The notes under the pieces: model-generated
What the model was told of the DNA's origin: nothing
The model's input: the letters and a program-made list of their open reading frames with translations, nothing else
Database searches by the model: none
Program-made: the position numbers and the translations under genes
Part shown: positions 9,493-20,087 of the stretch, one piece after another
Layout: each line of letters begins with the position of its first letter
How positions within the stretch are numbered: position 1 is the first letter of the stretch
DNA from: an uncultured delta proteobacterium
GTDB lineage: Bacteria; Myxococcota_A; Polyangia; Polyangiales; Polyangiaceae
Length of the DNA: 64,000 nt
Reading direction: 5' to 3'
Assembly: GCA_963696385.1 (NCBI GenBank)
Contig: CAVOKF010000004.1
Location: 736,001 to 800,000 of the forward strand

Positions 9493-11037
9493 ATGCATGA
9501 CCCGGAGCCGATCGATCGCGGACTCAGTGCCAACGGGGGCCATGGCGCGGCGTTGCCTGGGCCGCTGACATCCATTCCGTCCAAGCAGGAGATCGGTCGG
9601 GCCGTGGCCGCGGCGCGAGCGGCCCAGTGGCACTGGCGACTCGAACCGTTGGAGACTCGGGTGGCGGCGCTTCGTCGTGCGGCGACGGCGATGCTGCAGA
9701 GGCGCGCGGAGGTCATGGCGCTGTCGCGCAAGGAAATCGGCAAGGTTGCCGCCGAAGCGCTGTTCTTCGAGGGGCTCGGCCCCCTCGACGCCATGGCCGC
9801 GTGGGCTCGGGTCGCGCGGACCGCGGCGAAGCGGCGACGGGTTTGGCTGAATCCACTCAGCTTTCCGCGCAAGAGCGCGTTCGTCGACTACGTGCCTCGC
9901 GGCGTCGTCGGCGTGATCGCCCCCTGGAATTATCCCGCGGCGGGCCTGTATCGGCCGATCTTTCCGGCTCTCATGACGGGCAATGCGGTCATCCTCAAGC
10001 CGTCGGAGCACACGCCGCGAACGAGCGCCTGGCTGGTCGACCGGCTGGCCGAGGAGCTTCCGGCGCGCCTCGTTCAGACTGTGCAGGGCGACGGTCGCAC
10101 GGCGACAGCGCTCATCGACGCCGGAATCGACGCATGCGTTTTCACGGGGTCCGTGCGCAACGGGCAGGCGGTTCGGATCCGCTGCGCCGAGCGCGGGATT
10201 CCTTCGAGCATCGAAATGGGGGGCAAGGACGCGGCGATCGTCCTTTCGGATTGCGACCTGCCCCGGACGGTCGCGGGCATCACCCACTGGGCGCTGAGCA
10301 ATGCGGGGCAGGCGTGCGGAGCGATCGAGATTGCCTACGTGGAGGAGGCGATCGCGGACGATTTCGTCGCCGCGATGCGTCGTGCGTGGACGCGATTGAC
10401 CGCCGAGTCGGTCGCGCCGCTCGGCAACCGCCAGCAACTCGACCTGGTGCGAGCCCACGTCGAAGACGCACGGGCCAAAGGGGCCGACGTCGTCAGCGGC
10501 GGCGTGGGCCCGGATTCCGGTCTCTGGTATCCGCCCACGCTTCTCGATCGGTGCGACGATCGCATGTCGGTCATCCGAGACGAGACCTTCGGCCCCATCC
10601 TCGCGATCGTTCGCATCGAAGCTCTCACGGAGGCGGTGCGAGGCATCAATCAGTCGCGGTACGGACTTGGGGCGTCGGTCTGGTCGCGCGATCTCTCGCG
10701 CGCACAGCGCATCGCCGAGCGCCTCGAGGTCGGCGTCGTGAACATCAACAACCATTCTTTCTCGGGAGCCATTCCTTCGCTGCCCTGGAGCGGCACACGC
10801 GAAACGGGGTTCGGCGTCGCCAATGGGGCCGAGTCGCTTCATACGTTCGTCCGCCCACGCGTGACGACGGTCGATGCGTCGCGCGGACCGGACCTGTACT
10901 GGATGCCCTACGACGATGCGCTGATGGATTTGGGCGAGAGGCTCGCCGAAGGGCAGCTCGGCAGGTTCGACGGGGCGTGGAAGCTGCCGCACTTGATCCG
11001 TCATCGCTTGAGGACGATTCGCGACTTCTTCCGGTGA
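9493..11037 (+). CDS. Aldehyde dehydrogenase
   Basis: PWNYP, LKPSE, FTGS, EMGGKD, NAGQAC (catalytic Cys), ETFGP. Confidence 0.93.
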   Translation: MHDPEPIDRGLSANGGHGAALPGPLTSIPSKQEIGRAVAAARAAQWHWRLEPLETRVAALRRAATAMLQRRAEVMALSRKEIGKVAAEALFFEGLGPLDAMAAWARVARTAAKRRRVWLNPLSFPRKSAFVDYVPRGVVGVIAPWNYPAAGLYRPIFPALMTGNAVILKPSEHTPRTSAWLVDRLAEELPARLVQTVQGDGRTATALIDAGIDACVFTGSVRNGQAVRIRCAERGIPSSIEMGGKDAAIVLSDCDLPRTVAGITHWALSNAGQACGAIEIAYVEEAIADDFVAAMRRAWTRLTAESVAPLGNRQQLDLVRAHVEDARAKGADVVSGGVGPDSGLWYPPTLLDRCDDRMSVIRDETFGPILAIVRIEALTEAVRGINQSRYGLGASVWSRDLSRAQRIAERLEVGVVNINNHSFSGAIPSLPWSGTRETGFGVANGAESLHTFVRPRVTTVDASRGPDLYWMPYDDALMDLGERLAEGQLGRFDGAWKLPHLIRHRLRTIRDFFR

Positions 11038-11156
11038 GCGCCCTGGGCTCGGGTCTCGCGGCCCGCCGATCTGCCTGGGAGATCGACCGGAAGAAACGAG
11101 CGGCGGCAGAGGCTCCACAGGAACTCGCGCACCCCCGCAGTGCCCCGCTCGGGCCT

Positions 11157-13055
11157 TCAGCCCAGTTGCTCGGCGATTCGCTCGCCGGCGCGTGTCGCCA
11201 CCGCCATGATGGTCAGCTGGGGATTGACTCCGAGAGGGCCGGCAACCGTGCTGCCGTCGACGACGTAGAGGCCCGGGACGTCATGGGCTTGGTGATCGAG
11301 CCCGACGACGCTCGTCTTGGGGTCGCGGCCCATCTTGCACGTCCCGAGCGGGTGGTAGCTGAGCCAGCTGATGTCGGCGGGCGCGATTCGAGCACGGCGA
11401 AAGCGGGCAAAGTCGGCGTCGCGTTCGATGGCGCCCGCCCCGAAAACGACCGGATAAAGAGCCTTTGCGCCCGCCGCGAGGCACATCTCGCCGGCATGAA
11501 CCATCGCGCGGTGCATCCGATCGACGTCCGCCGCGCTGATGCGGTACGTGATGAGCGGCAGGCCGCCGACATCGCGCCAGACGCGACCGTTCGGGCTCGC
11601 ATCGCGCAGGAGCAGTCCGAAGGAGGCGATGTGATCCATGCGTTCGAGGGTCGACATAAGCCGGCGGCCGGAGAACGGAAAGAGCATGGGCGCGACGTTG
11701 ACCGCGGGCTGCGCCGCGGTCATCAAAATCCCCTCCCGAAGGAATTGGTCGCACGCATAGCCCTGCGGAATGTGGCGATGCCCTTCGATCGCTTCGTCGA
11801 ATAGGGCCAAAAAGCCGCTGCTCGGGTGCGTGCTCAGATTGCGACCGACCTGTCCGCTGCGGTTCGCGAGACCCTGCTTGAGGAGCAGCAGCGGGGTCGG
11901 AATGGCGCCGCCCGCGAGTACGACCGCGCGTGCGCGGATGCGCACGCGCTCTCCGAGCCTCGACTCGGCCTCGATGCCCACGGCCCGGCCTCCCTCCAAG
12001 AGGACGCGCCGTGCGCGCGCTCCGGCGAACAGCACGCCGCCCCGTTGGAGGGCCGGCGGCAGGTAGGCAATCTGGGTGGACCGCCTCGCGTCCTGCCGGC
12101 ACCCGAAGTCACAGAAGCCGGACCCATCGCAGTCCGGCGCGTTGCGTGGGATCGGGCCGTGGCTCCATCCGAGCGCATCGCAGCCGCGCGCCATGACGTC
12201 GCCGATGGGACCGATGGTTGGCCTGCGGGCCGGCTGCACGTCGAGGATCCGCTCGACCCGGTCGAAGTACCGGCTCATCGCCGCCGGGGCGAAGTCGTCG
12301 GTGCCGAGCTCCTCGGTCCACCGTTCGAGGACCCAGTCGGGCGCACGAATGCACGTGCCGCCGTTGACCGCAGTGGAGCCACCCACCAAGCGGCCCATGA
12401 AGATGGGCATCACGACGTTGCCGACCGAAAACGCTGCGCGGTAAAAGCGCTGATGGGCGCGAACGCTGCTGCCGTCGAAGGCGTCGCGCAGGTAGTGCTC
12501 GCCTTCCTCGAGGAACACGACGGCATGGCCGTGGTCGGCGAGCTCGCGGCCGACGACCGCACCCCCGGCCCCGGTGCCGACGATCACGGCGTCGCATTCG
12601 ATGTCCTCGGTGTGACGGTCGATCCTTCGTATTTGGGCCGTCCATCTCGGGGACTCGACCGATTGCAGGACGTCCAGACTCGATCCGCTTTTCTTCCGAT
12701 CGACCCGATCGAAGTGGACGAGCTTGTACACGAGGCCGATGAGGACCAGCGGACCGCGCAGAGCCCCGTCTCGCTCCCAGCGTTGCAACAAAGCGTCCTG
12801 CTCAGCTGCAGAGAGTCGATGGAATCGCCGCCCCGTCCTGGCGATGGCGGCAGCGTCGAGCGCTTGGTGCGCGAGTTGCCACGCGCGCGCGAGCGCCGGA
12901 TGCATCGATTGAACGAGGCTGTCCGCCATGGCTTGGGTGCGCTCGTCGGCCCCGCCGTCATGGGTCGATCCAGGAATGATCGCCTCCGCGAGTGCGAGGG
13001 CCGATCGGCTCCGACCTGGGCGCGAGACGGAGAACGTGCGTGCCGCGTCATCCAC
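11157..13055 (-). CDS. GMC-family oxidoreductase with N-terminal accessory domain
   Basis: GTGAGG FAD motif, GRLVGGSTAVNGG, CDGSGFCDFGC, HPLGT, GVNPQLTI; start codon uncertain. Confidence 0.9.
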   Translation of the reverse strand: MDDAARTFSVSRPGRSRSALALAEAIIPGSTHDGGADERTQAMADSLVQSMHPALARAWQLAHQALDAAAIARTGRRFHRLSAAEQDALLQRWERDGALRGPLVLIGLVYKLVHFDRVDRKKSGSSLDVLQSVESPRWTAQIRRIDRHTEDIECDAVIVGTGAGGAVVGRELADHGHAVVFLEEGEHYLRDAFDGSSVRAHQRFYRAAFSVGNVVMPIFMGRLVGGSTAVNGGTCIRAPDWVLERWTEELGTDDFAPAAMSRYFDRVERILDVQPARRPTIGPIGDVMARGCDALGWSHGPIPRNAPDCDGSGFCDFGCRQDARRSTQIAYLPPALQRGGVLFAGARARRVLLEGGRAVGIEAESRLGERVRIRARAVVLAGGAIPTPLLLLKQGLANRSGQVGRNLSTHPSSGFLALFDEAIEGHRHIPQGYACDQFLREGILMTAAQPAVNVAPMLFPFSGRRLMSTLERMDHIASFGLLLRDASPNGRVWRDVGGLPLITYRISAADVDRMHRAMVHAGEMCLAAGAKALYPVVFGAGAIERDADFARFRRARIAPADISWLSYHPLGTCKMGRDPKTSVVGLDHQAHDVPGLYVVDGSTVAGPLGVNPQLTIMAVATRAGERIAEQLG

Positions 13056-13186
13056 GCGCGCGTTTGTATCACGGCGGCGCCGAAGGCCCCACCCGATGCC
13101 CCGGGCGGCCCGCCGGGATCCCGTCGCGCGGCCGGCGTCTTCGCGATCCCTTCTCGTGACACGAGCGCGTTGGCTATAGCGACGCT

Positions 13187-14035
13187 GTGCGAATTGCCCG
13201 ACGGATCGGCGCCGTGGGTGCGGTTCTTTGGTTCTGCCTCGCGGGGGCGCCGGCGGCGGCGCAAACGCCGGCGCCGACCCAAAGGCTGCGCTGGGATCCG
13301 CCACTCGACCTCGCCGTGACGCTGAGCGGCGCGGCCGCTTGGATCGCCAGCGAGATGCTCAAGCCCGACCTCGCCCCATCGCACTGCCGATGGTGCGGCG
13401 TGGACGCGGTGGACGCGGGCGTCCGCGGCGCGTTGGTCTGGCGCGACACGACCGCGGCCGACACGATCAGCAATCTCGCGGGGTTTGCCCTGATGCCTCT
13501 CGTCAGCGTGGGATTCGATTCCCTTGCGGCCGCTCACCAGCGTGCGCTCGGCAACGTGCCCGAAGACGCGTTGATCATCGCGGAGGCCGGTGTCGTGGCG
13601 GCCAATGTGACTCAGCTTACGAAGTGGCTCGTGGGTCGGGAGCGACCTTTTGTCCACGCCCTGCGACCCGAAGACAAACCGCGGACGGCCCAGCCTTCCG
13701 ACAACGACCTGTCGTTCTTTTCCGGCCACACGACGGAGGCCTTCGCACTGGCGGCTGCTTCGGGCACGATCGGCACGATGCGTGGCTACCGATGGGCGCC
13801 ACTGGCCTGGAGCGTGGGCGGTGCGGTCGCCGCCGCCACGGGCTACTTGCGCATCGCCGCAGACAAGCACTGGCTGACGGACGTCCTGACGGCAATGGTG
13901 GTCGGCATAGGGATTGGCGTGGCCGTGCCCTACGTGTTCCATTCCGCGATCGACGACCGGGCCCGCCCGTCGGCGTTGTCCGCCGTGCACGCGCAGGCTG
14001 TGCCGGGGGCGACCGCGCTGACCTTCGCGTGGTGA
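13187..14035 (+). CDS. PAP2-family phosphatase
   Basis: K...GRERP, SFFSGHT, RIAADKHWLTD. Confidence 0.88.
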   Translation: MRIARRIGAVGAVLWFCLAGAPAAAQTPAPTQRLRWDPPLDLAVTLSGAAAWIASEMLKPDLAPSHCRWCGVDAVDAGVRGALVWRDTTAADTISNLAGFALMPLVSVGFDSLAAAHQRALGNVPEDALIIAEAGVVAANVTQLTKWLVGRERPFVHALRPEDKPRTAQPSDNDLSFFSGHTTEAFALAAASGTIGTMRGYRWAPLAWSVGGAVAAATGYLRIAADKHWLTDVLTAMVVGIGIGVAVPYVFHSAIDDRARPSALSAVHAQAVPGATALTFAW

Positions 14036-14109
14036 GGCAAGGGGGCCCGCAACGGACACGCCACGCGACTCCGGGCGCCGTCACGAGGCGGCCCGTCTGC
14101 GCCGAGCAT

Positions 14110-14165
14110 GAATTTGAAGACGATTTTCAAATTCTGGTTGACCAGAACATGATAATCACGTTCAA
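14110..14165. promoter_or_regulatory. Tandem Fur-type boxes upstream of a TonB-dependent receptor
   Basis: AT-rich patch containing TTGAAGAC-G-ATTTTCAA (14114-14130, inside the palindrome GAATTTGAA-N7-TTCAAATTC) and ATGATAAT-C-ACGTTCAA (14149-14165); both fit the 7-1-7 Fur consensus. Confidence 0.75.
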
Positions 14166-14179
14166 TTGCAACCTCGAGA

Positions 14180-16657
14180 ATGCGGCGGCCCCACGTCATC
14201 CGGACACGCCGTGCGCGCACGATGGCGGCGCTTCTCGCCCTAACGGCCATCGCGGCGGCGTGGCTCGTCGCCCGGGACGGACAGGCCGACGACCGCGCGC
14301 CGTCGCCGACAGGTGGCGATTCGCTCGCCACGCCGTTCGCACTGCGCGGCACGGTCCACGACCCGGCGCATACCCCCGTCGAAGGCTCCACGGTCGAAGT
14401 CTTCGGTTCCCTGAACGCCTCGGTTGCCCAGGCGCGCTCCGACGCCCACGGCGCCTTCGATCTGCCGCCGCTGCCGGGCGGCTCCTACCGCGTCGTCGTC
14501 AGCCACTCCGGCTTCCTGACGTCCGAGGTCGCCGTCGACCTTGGGCCGGCGACCGGACCGTTGGACCTGATTCTGGACGTCGCGGCCGCGGCGCAGGTCC
14601 CGGCGGTGCAAGAGGTGCAAGTGCGCGGAGACCGCGGAGCCGGGCCCGGGCAGACCGGCAGCAGCGTGTCTGTGCTCTCGCGAAAGGACGTGCAATCGCT
14701 GCCCGGCGGCGACGCCCAGAGCCTGAGCCAAATCATGCTCACGCAGCCCGGGTTCACTCCGGACACGTTCGGGCCGGACGGACTCCTGCACATCCGCGGT
14801 GAGGAAACGGGAGTCCTCTACGTCGTGGACGGGGTGCCGATTCCCGGCGGCCTTGCCGGTCAGTTCACCGACGTTCTTCCGACCGGGCTGGTGGAGGGGG
14901 TGCGCCTCATCAGCGGCGGGCAGCCGGTCGAGTACGGCCCGAATCCCGGCGGGGTCGTCGACGTCACGACCCGCCGCGGGACCGGTACTCCCGAAGGCGC
15001 AGTCCAGATGGTCTACGGCACCTACCAAAAGGCTCAGCCCTCGGCCTGGTATTCCCAGGCGTTCGGCAAAGCCGATGTCTTCGTGGCCGGCACTTTTCTG
15101 AGCACCGAGCGCGGACTGGACCCTCCGGCGGTGAGTCCCATCCTGCACGACGGCCTGAAATCCGGGAGCGCCTTTACGCGGATCGACGTTCGACCGAGCG
15201 AGCGCGAACGGATCGAGTTGCTCGCGAGGTACTCCCAGGCCGACTTTCAAATCCCAATCGATCCGACGCTCTTGCCGCTTTCGGACGGGCCACCCAACGC
15301 GATACGGGGGCCGGACGTCTATGGAAATAGCCCGCCGCAGTTCGTTCCGTACAACGCCAATCCGACCGAATCGGAGCGCGATCTGTTCGTGACCCTGTCG
15401 TATTCCTACGCTTTCCCGAGCGGCCGCGTACAAATCGCTCCGTACGTCCGCTCTTCGTACGGCGACTACGACTGCGATGCGGCCGGCTCACTGGGAGCCA
15501 CGGCCGACCCGGGATCGGCCTGCTCCGACGTCACGCGCAACCTCCTTCACGAAGGTCAGACCGCGACGGTGGCCTGGGCGGCGGGCGAAGAGCAGCGGTG
15601 GAAGGCCGGCGTCGCGTTCGACGCGGCCCAATCCGGCGTCGGCTACACCCAATTCACGCGCTACGCGTCGGCGATGGCCGGTCCGGATCCGGCCCTGACC
15701 ATCTCGGGCCGCAACGACACCCAGTTCTTTGCCGGTGGCGCGTTCCTTCAGGACGAAATGACGTTCGGGAAGCTCAAAATCTTCCCCGGTTTGCGGGCCG
15801 ACCTCCAGGACGCCAGCTTCGCCGGGACCCACGAGCCGAACCTTCTATTGACGGGCCCGAGCGCTCGCCTCGGTATGACTTACTCGTTCTCGAAGACCGT
15901 CGTGCTCCACGCGTTCGCAGGCTACATCTGGCAGCCCCCCAATGCGGTGGACGCGGCGGTGGCGGCGCGCGTCCTGAACGTCGCCCCCGGCCAGCCCATC
16001 TCCGTCGACGTCAAGGCCGAGAGGGACGAGTCGGCCGAGGTCGGCCTCTCGTACCGACTCCCGCGGCGATTCGAGGCAAGCCTGACCGGGTACGGACGCA
16101 TCTCGCAAGACACGCTGGACGTGCAGACCGTGGGCTCGACCAACCTCATCGAGGACTACAACTACGATCGGGGCCGGGCCGTGGGGGCCGAGTTCGTGGT
16201 CCGCGGTACGGCCAATCCGTACCTCCAAGGATTCGGCAACGCGAGCTGGAGCCTCGACCAAGGAAAGGGAATCGACTCGGGCCGCTACCTCTTCACGCAG
16301 GCGCAGCTCACCTACGGGGGTTGGCAGACTCTCGACCACGTGCAGCGATGGACCGTCAATGCCGGAGTCGATCTGCACGATGCGTCTGAGAAGAGCCACC
16401 TCGCGGTGCTCTTCCAGTACGGCAGCGGTCTGCGGACCGGCCCGGACAACAACGAGACGGTCCCGGGGCACGCCACGTGGAACCTGACCTTGCGGCACCG
16501 CTTCGACTTCCCGCCCATCCATCCGGAGGTCGCCGTGGATGTCTTCAACGTGTTCGACGCGGTGTACGCGCTGCGGATCGCGAACGGCTTCGTCGGCAGC
16601 GCGTACGGGGCGCTTCGCCAGGTCGACGTGCGTCTGATGGTCCCCTTCGGGGGCTGA
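14180..16657 (+). CDS. TonB-dependent receptor with N-terminal carboxypeptidase-regulatory-like domain
   Basis: GTVHDP...D.HGAF....LPGGSY domain; plug LHIRGE...YVVDGVP, GG.P.EYG, GGVVDVTT; barrel end FNVFD; start may be 14222. Confidence 0.88.
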   Translation: MRRPHVIRTRRARTMAALLALTAIAAAWLVARDGQADDRAPSPTGGDSLATPFALRGTVHDPAHTPVEGSTVEVFGSLNASVAQARSDAHGAFDLPPLPGGSYRVVVSHSGFLTSEVAVDLGPATGPLDLILDVAAAAQVPAVQEVQVRGDRGAGPGQTGSSVSVLSRKDVQSLPGGDAQSLSQIMLTQPGFTPDTFGPDGLLHIRGEETGVLYVVDGVPIPGGLAGQFTDVLPTGLVEGVRLISGGQPVEYGPNPGGVVDVTTRRGTGTPEGAVQMVYGTYQKAQPSAWYSQAFGKADVFVAGTFLSTERGLDPPAVSPILHDGLKSGSAFTRIDVRPSERERIELLARYSQADFQIPIDPTLLPLSDGPPNAIRGPDVYGNSPPQFVPYNANPTESERDLFVTLSYSYAFPSGRVQIAPYVRSSYGDYDCDAAGSLGATADPGSACSDVTRNLLHEGQTATVAWAAGEEQRWKAGVAFDAAQSGVGYTQFTRYASAMAGPDPALTISGRNDTQFFAGGAFLQDEMTFGKLKIFPGLRADLQDASFAGTHEPNLLLTGPSARLGMTYSFSKTVVLHAFAGYIWQPPNAVDAAVAARVLNVAPGQPISVDVKAERDESAEVGLSYRLPRRFEASLTGYGRISQDTLDVQTVGSTNLIEDYNYDRGRAVGAEFVVRGTANPYLQGFGNASWSLDQGKGIDSGRYLFTQAQLTYGGWQTLDHVQRWTVNAGVDLHDASEKSHLAVLFQYGSGLRTGPDNNETVPGHATWNLTLRHRFDFPPIHPEVAVDVFNVFDAVYALRIANGFVGSAYGALRQVDVRLMVPFGG

Positions 16658-16680
16658 GGTTCGGACAACCAGGAGCGCGC

Positions 16681-16890
16681 ATGAAACCTCGTCCCCTCAC
16701 TCTCTGCGTGGTCGTGCTGATCCTCGTGGATTGCGGTCCATGGTACAACGACAGCGGAGCGGCGGATCCCGCCTCGTGGTGGCCGTGGAGTTGTGACGAC
16801 GGGGGCCCGGCACCCGAATCCGGCTGTCCGCCTCCGGCGATCTGTCCGGATGGCGGCGCCGACGATGCCGGAGCCGATGGCGGCTGTTGA
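16681..16890 (+). CDS. Small acidic Cys/Trp-containing putative lipoprotein
   Basis: AGGAG RBS; MKPRPLTLCVVVLILVDC; 23 bp after the receptor stop. Confidence 0.55.
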   Translation: MKPRPLTLCVVVLILVDCGPWYNDSGAADPASWWPWSCDDGGPAPESGCPPPAICPDGGADDAGADGGC

Positions 16891-17145
16891 ATCCGTGCCG
16901 ACGATCGCCGCGCCTTCGGCGACCCGGCCTATTCGATCGAGAAGAGCCCCGAGCGCGTAAGCCTACTGATCCCCATCGTGCACCGCCCAGGTGCGTCGAC
17001 CCGGCCACGGCTCGGGCGCGATGCGGCGCGGCGCGACCGACCGGAAGCCGGACACGAAGGGCCGTCGCCGGGAATGCCTGCGAGACAGGACAAGGCGATC
17101 GGCAATGTTCTCGGCTATGAGCGCCGCGTGCAGCGATCCGCCTCG

Positions 17146-18321
17146 ATGTCCGTCGACGAGGATCCGCCCCGTCGCGGGGGGTACGCGGCTGCGCTTGCCG
17201 TGTGCACGGTCAACCTGCTCGCGAACTTCGCGATCGGAATCGTGGTCCCCGTATTGCCGCTCTACATGCGCGGCGTGCTCGGCGCGAGCGACGTGAGCGT
17301 CGGCGTGGTCATGGCGTCGTACGCGGTCACGACGCTCGCCAGCCGCCCGCTGGGCGGTCTTTGGGGCGACCGGGTCGGCTATCGTCGTCCGGCCGCATCG
17401 GGGGCAGTGCTGATGGTCGTCGGGACGGCCGCGTACGGGCTCATTCGAACCGCAGCGTGGCTCCTGTCGTGCCGACTCCTCATCGGTCTAGGGGAGGGGC
17501 TGTCGCAGGCGGCTTGCATTACCTGGGCGGTGTCGCTCGCGCCCGCACGACGTCGGGCTGCCATCTTGTCGTATGCGGGCGTGTCGGGCTGGGTGGGGGT
17601 TGCGCTCGGCGCGCTCGTGGCTGACGCGGTGCTGGCGGGGGGAGGCTATGCCGGCGCGTTCGCGGTCGGTGCGATCGCGCCGGCCATCGGCCTTGCGGTG
17701 CTGGCGTTCATCCCGAGGGTCCGCGCGGGCGCGCGAGCGCACGCTTCGATCACTGGGCTTGCGGGAACGTTCGGGCGCCAAGGTGCCGCTTACGCGCTGG
17801 TGACGGTCGGCTATGCCGCGGTGCTGACGTTTGGTGCGCTGTTGCTTCGAGCGAGCGGCGGGGCTGCGCCCAGCCTGCTTTTGCACGCGTTCGTCGCGGG
17901 GGTCATCGGGGTGCGCATCGTTGCCGGCAACCTCCCCGCCCGCCTCGGCCCCGCGCGCACCGCGGCGCTGTGTGCCGGCGCACAGGCGATCGGGACGCTC
18001 ACCGTGGCGGTCACGGCGTCGCACCCGGGATGGGTTGCGGGGGCGGGTGTCGTCGCGGGGATGGGCTTCGGCTTGTCGTTCCCGTCTCTCGCCCTCGACG
18101 CCCTCGGCCGGGTGTCCCCCGGCGATCGGGGTGTGGCCATCGGGATCGTCTCGGCGTTTTTCGACGTCGGCTTGGCCGCGTCCGGCGTTCTGCTCGGCGG
18201 GGTCGCCGAGCGGGCCGGATACCCCGCCGCATTCGTCGTCTCTGCGGCCTGCGCGGCGCTCGCGGCGGTCATCGTCGTGCGGCGCCCCCGCGTCGCCGTT
18301 CACGCCGCGGCGCGCTCGTAA
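17146..18321 (+). CDS. MFS transporter
   Basis: About 12 hydrophobic segments; GLWGDRVGYRR motif A; RLLIGLGEG. Confidence 0.9.
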   Translation: MSVDEDPPRRGGYAAALAVCTVNLLANFAIGIVVPVLPLYMRGVLGASDVSVGVVMASYAVTTLASRPLGGLWGDRVGYRRPAASGAVLMVVGTAAYGLIRTAAWLLSCRLLIGLGEGLSQAACITWAVSLAPARRRAAILSYAGVSGWVGVALGALVADAVLAGGGYAGAFAVGAIAPAIGLAVLAFIPRVRAGARAHASITGLAGTFGRQGAAYALVTVGYAAVLTFGALLLRASGGAAPSLLLHAFVAGVIGVRIVAGNLPARLGPARTAALCAGAQAIGTLTVAVTASHPGWVAGAGVVAGMGFGLSFPSLALDALGRVSPGDRGVAIGIVSAFFDVGLAASGVLLGGVAERAGYPAAFVVSAACAALAAVIVVRRPRVAVHAAARS

Positions 18322-18459
18322 CTCAGGCAAGGGTACCGGGGGTGTTGGCAGCGCCGGGGATCGGTGCTCGGGCCGGACGGGGAGCCGATCGTCGATCGCA
18401 CGTCCGCTGAAGCTGAAACGCGCGCTTTGGACCGTCGCAATGGCCTAGAGTCGCCGTCC

Positions 18460-20016
18460 GTGAACGGGCGTTGGTTTGTCCGCGGCGACATCGACGGATT
18501 CTTCGGTCTCTTCGTCGACAACTTGCTCCAGCTCATGCTGATTTCCGTCCTGTCGGGCGCGGTCTGCGGTTTGCCCGCCACGCTGGTTTCGGGACGCATT
18601 CTTCCGGGTGCCGCGATTTCGATCCTGCTCGGCAACGTGTTCTACGCCTGGCAGGCCAAGAAAACGGGTCGCCCCGACGCCACGGCGCTGCCCTTCGGTA
18701 TCAACACGCCGAGTCTCCTTGCCTACGTGTTTCTCATCATGGGGCCCGTGTTCCAAGAGAGCCATGATCCGATCCTGGCGTGGCGCGTCGGCCTCTTCGC
18801 AGGGCTCGCGAGCGGCGTCCTCGAGGGCGTCGGCGCGTTCGTAGGCGATCGCCTTCGGCGCCACACCCCGCGGGCGGCGCTCTTGTCGGCGCTCGCCGGT
18901 GTCGCGCTGACGTTCATCTCGATGGGGTTCGTGTTTCAGATCTTCGCGCGGCCGTGGATCGCTCTTTTGCCGGCGCTTCTTTTGCTCGCCACGTACGCGT
19001 CGCGCGCACGTCTTCCGTTCGGTGTTCCGGGCGGGTTGGCGGCCCTGGTCGTCGGGACCGCGCTCGCGTGGCTGATCCGCGCGTTTGAGCCCAGTCTTTT
19101 CGTTCCTCCGCACGAAGCGATCGCAATCGCGTTTCGACCGCCGGTGCCGGCCGTCGGCGAAGCCCTTGCGCTCGTCGCCGACGCGCGCGCCTACAAATAC
19201 ATGTCGGTCGTGCTGCCGATGGCGTTGTTCAACGTGATCGGATCGTTGCAGAATCTCGAGAGCGCCGAGGCGGCGGGCGACCGGTACGAGACGAGATCTT
19301 CGCTCTTGGCGAATGCGGCGGCCACCGTGGTCGCCGCCTTTTTCGGCTGTCCCTTTCCGACCACGATCTACATCGGGCACCCCGCCTGGAAGGCGATGGG
19401 AGCGCGCCGCGGATATTCGATTCTCAACGGCGTCGTGATCGCCGTTCTCTGCTTGGTGGGGGGGGTTCCGCTCGTGCTCAACGTGGTTCCGATCGAAGTG
19501 ACGCTCGGTATTCTTCTCTGGATCGGCCTCATCATCACGGCGCAGGCGTTCCAAGAGGTGCCGCGAGCCCACGCGATCGCGGTGGTGCTCGGGCTCATTC
19601 CGTCCTTGGCGGCATGGGCGCTCGTCCTCATTCAGACGACCCTTCGCATCGCTGGGACCGGGCTTTTCGCCGTTGCCCCCAAATTCGGCGCCGAGATGTA
19701 CATTGGCGGAATCATTGCGCTAAGCCAGGGCTTTCTTCTGACCTCGATGATCCTCGCGGCGCTGCTCGTCTTCGTGATCGAAAGGCGCTTCCTCCGCGCC
19801 GCCGGCTGGGCTCTCGCCGCCGCGGTTTTATCGATGATCGGTCTCATCCACGCGTACCAACTGACCCCCGCAGGGGTCGAAAACCGCTTTGGTTTCGCCG
19901 CCGCACCGGGATTTGGCGTCATGTATGCCCTCGCCGCCATGGGCCTCGTGGCCCTTCACTTCGTGGGGCCCGGCCCGCGACCGAGCTCAGCGTCGTCTGC
20001 CACCGATATCGCCTAG
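18460..20016 (+). CDS. NCS2/AzgA-like nucleobase permease
   Basis: GDIDGFFGL..DNL, TALPFGINTP, QNLESAEAAGD, FPTTIYIGHP.WK..GAR. Confidence 0.88.
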   Translation: MNGRWFVRGDIDGFFGLFVDNLLQLMLISVLSGAVCGLPATLVSGRILPGAAISILLGNVFYAWQAKKTGRPDATALPFGINTPSLLAYVFLIMGPVFQESHDPILAWRVGLFAGLASGVLEGVGAFVGDRLRRHTPRAALLSALAGVALTFISMGFVFQIFARPWIALLPALLLLATYASRARLPFGVPGGLAALVVGTALAWLIRAFEPSLFVPPHEAIAIAFRPPVPAVGEALALVADARAYKYMSVVLPMALFNVIGSLQNLESAEAAGDRYETRSSLLANAAATVVAAFFGCPFPTTIYIGHPAWKAMGARRGYSILNGVVIAVLCLVGGVPLVLNVVPIEVTLGILLWIGLIITAQAFQEVPRAHAIAVVLGLIPSLAAWALVLIQTTLRIAGTGLFAVAPKFGAEMYIGGIIALSQGFLLTSMILAALLVFVIERRFLRAAGWALAAAVLSMIGLIHAYQLTPAGVENRFGFAAAPGFGVMYALAAMGLVALHFVGPGPRPSSASSATDIA

Positions 20017-20087
20017 GAGCCGCTTGCCGCGGGGGCGCCGTGGCTTCGGCGGTCCGAATGCCTTATACTAGGCATTAGGCGGCGATC

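Noticed and set aside
9412..11118. 818-aa minus-strand ORF suggesting a large GT fusion
   Set aside because: The first ~570 codons are the antisense shadow of the ALDH; only 8662-9411 looks like a real protein.
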